From Pseudomonadota bacterium (GTDB taxonomy: Archaea > Thermoplasmatota > SW-10-69-26 > JACQPN01 > JAJPHT01), in contig JAJPHT010000013.1 in assembly GCA_021325135.1 (NCBI GenBank), positions 99,815-163,814 on the forward strand: a DNA stretch of 64,000 nucleotides, written 5' to 3'. A model generated the notes under the pieces. That model searched no databases. It was not told the origin of the DNA and saw only the letters and a list, made by a program, of their open reading frames with translations. This document shows, piece by piece, positions 63,077-64,000 of the stretch; position 1 is the stretch's first letter, and every line of letters starts with the position of its first letter. A program made the translations under genes and the position numbers.

Positions 63077-63510
63077 AGAGCCTGCAATGCGCTCGCGCGC
63101 AGGGCCCGATCGGGTCCAAGCACGCGGACCGCCACCTGATGCAAGGCCCGATCCTCGGTCAGCAGGACCGAGCTCTCGTCGGCCGCTGCGAGCGCGAGGT
63201 AGGAGGCGTCGTAGAAGCTCATGCGGTGGGCGTCGACGAGCCGCGCCGCCGCTTGCAAGCGCTCCTCGTCCGGGGGGACCAGCGTCACGGCGCCCAGCGC
63301 GGCCGCCAGCGCCGCGTCCCGCTCGTCGGGCGTCGCTCCGTACCCTGCAGGGTGCTTGCGATGGATGACGTGCCCAAGCTCGAAGGGAAGAAGGGTGGGC
63401 GCCGCGAGGTCGTGCGTCTCGGACAGGGTCACGAGGTTCTGGCGCGCCGCTACGCCTCCCGGCTCCAGCGCCGCGAGGAGCGCGCTTGCGTCAACGACCG
63501 CGACGGGCAA
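63073..63510 (-). CDS. VapC/PIN-domain toxin
   Basis: VVDASAL, AP.LL..E, SFYDASYLALA, LLTEDR.L. Confidence 0.9.
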   Translation of the reverse strand: MPVAVVDASALLAALEPGGVAARQNLVTLSETHDLAAPTLLPFELGHVIHRKHPAGYGATPDERDAALAAALGAVTLVPPDEERLQAAARLVDAHRMSFYDASYLALAAADESSVLLTEDRALHQVAVRVLGPDRALRASALQAL

Positions 63511-63730
63511 GGTCGCGCCTCGCTTCGCGGACCGCGCTGGCGGGCTTGCCGCGCTTGGAGGGGTCGCCTCGCCGGCTCGCGGCCTCCAGCCGGCGCGCGG
63601 CCTCCTCCGCCACGAGCTTCGCGTAGGCGCGGTCGAACGCGGCGCGCGCGAACTCGTTGGGCCGGATGCCGGCGCGGCGCAGGCGCTCCAGCTTGTCCTC
63701 GTCCTCGCGGAACTGGACGACCTCGCCCAT
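63491..63730 (-). CDS. VapB-like antitoxin
   Basis: Small RHH-like protein overlapping the PIN gene; ends SAVREARR. Confidence 0.75.
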   Translation of the reverse strand: MGEVVQFREDEDKLERLRRAGIRPNEFARAAFDRAYAKLVAEEAARRLEAASRRGDPSKRGKPASAVREARRDLARRGR

Positions 63731-63762
63731 GCTCAAGTGTATACTATGTTGTATACATGAGC
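63731..63762. promoter_or_regulatory. Palindromic TA operator/promoter
   Basis: GCTCA..TGTATAC-N6-GTATACA-TGAGC directly upstream of the antitoxin. Confidence 0.65.
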
Positions 63763-63778
63763 GTTCCGACTCGGTGGC

Positions 63779-64000
63779 CTACGCCTTCGCCGCCCCGCAG
63801 ACGCCCTTCACAAGCTCCGGGTTCACCACGGTGGGCGCCTCCCTGCGGTGGCTCGCCTGCTCGTAGGCGTACGCGAAGCCCAGGAGCTTCGCCTCGCTCC
63901 ACGCGGGGCCGAAGAAGCTGACGCCCTCGGGGTTGTGGCCGTTGTAGCCCGCGGGCACGATGACGGTGGGATAGCCCGCCTCGGCGCCCATCTGGTAGTA
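63779..64000 (-). CDS. Amidase, C-terminal fragment (5' end outside the window)
   Basis: AGYPTVIVPAG...P.GVSF.GPAWSEAKLL..AYAYEQA...R..P. Confidence 0.85.
   Translation of the reverse strand, partial: YYQMGAEAGYPTVIVPAGYNGHNPEGVSFFGPAWSEAKLLGFAYAYEQASHRREAPTVVNPELVKGVCGAAKA

Overview
A very GC-rich, gene-dense chromosomal window, most likely archaeal. Evidence for that: TiaS, archaeal-type Kae1, stand-alone GMP synthase subunit A, and TATA-like boxes about 25 nt before many starts. A high-GC Thermoplasmatota-like lineage is my inference, not something the sequence proves. Most of the window is housekeeping or metabolic: tRNA modification, glycerol kinase, 2-oxoacid:ferredoxin oxidoreductase alpha/beta, ABC and APC transporters, an ABC-F ATPase, and two toxin-antitoxin pairs. 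I found no CRISPR array, tRNA, rRNA, transposase or integrase. Best candidate for an undescribed system: a three-gene operon (14610-18692, minus strand). It encodes a secreted subtilase with nine synonymously diversified WDSSR-type pentapeptide repeats at its propeptide/mature junction, then a response regulator, then a multi-TM sensor kinase; this may be a protease-released peptide signalling circuit. Other highlights: (1) a structured ~75-nt element present twice, each time followed by a 57-74 bp copy of nearby upstream DNA; (2) two tandem TATA-preceded putative ncRNAs sharing a 5' motif; (3) a cluster of secreted repeat proteins plus a sorting-signal anchor protein, possibly a surface fibre; (4) a compact, divergent PEP-carboxykinase-like enzyme; (5) REP-like inverted repeats that supply the identical C-termini of two convergent genes. 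All family calls come from motif recognition by eye; no searches were run, and many start codons are best guesses.
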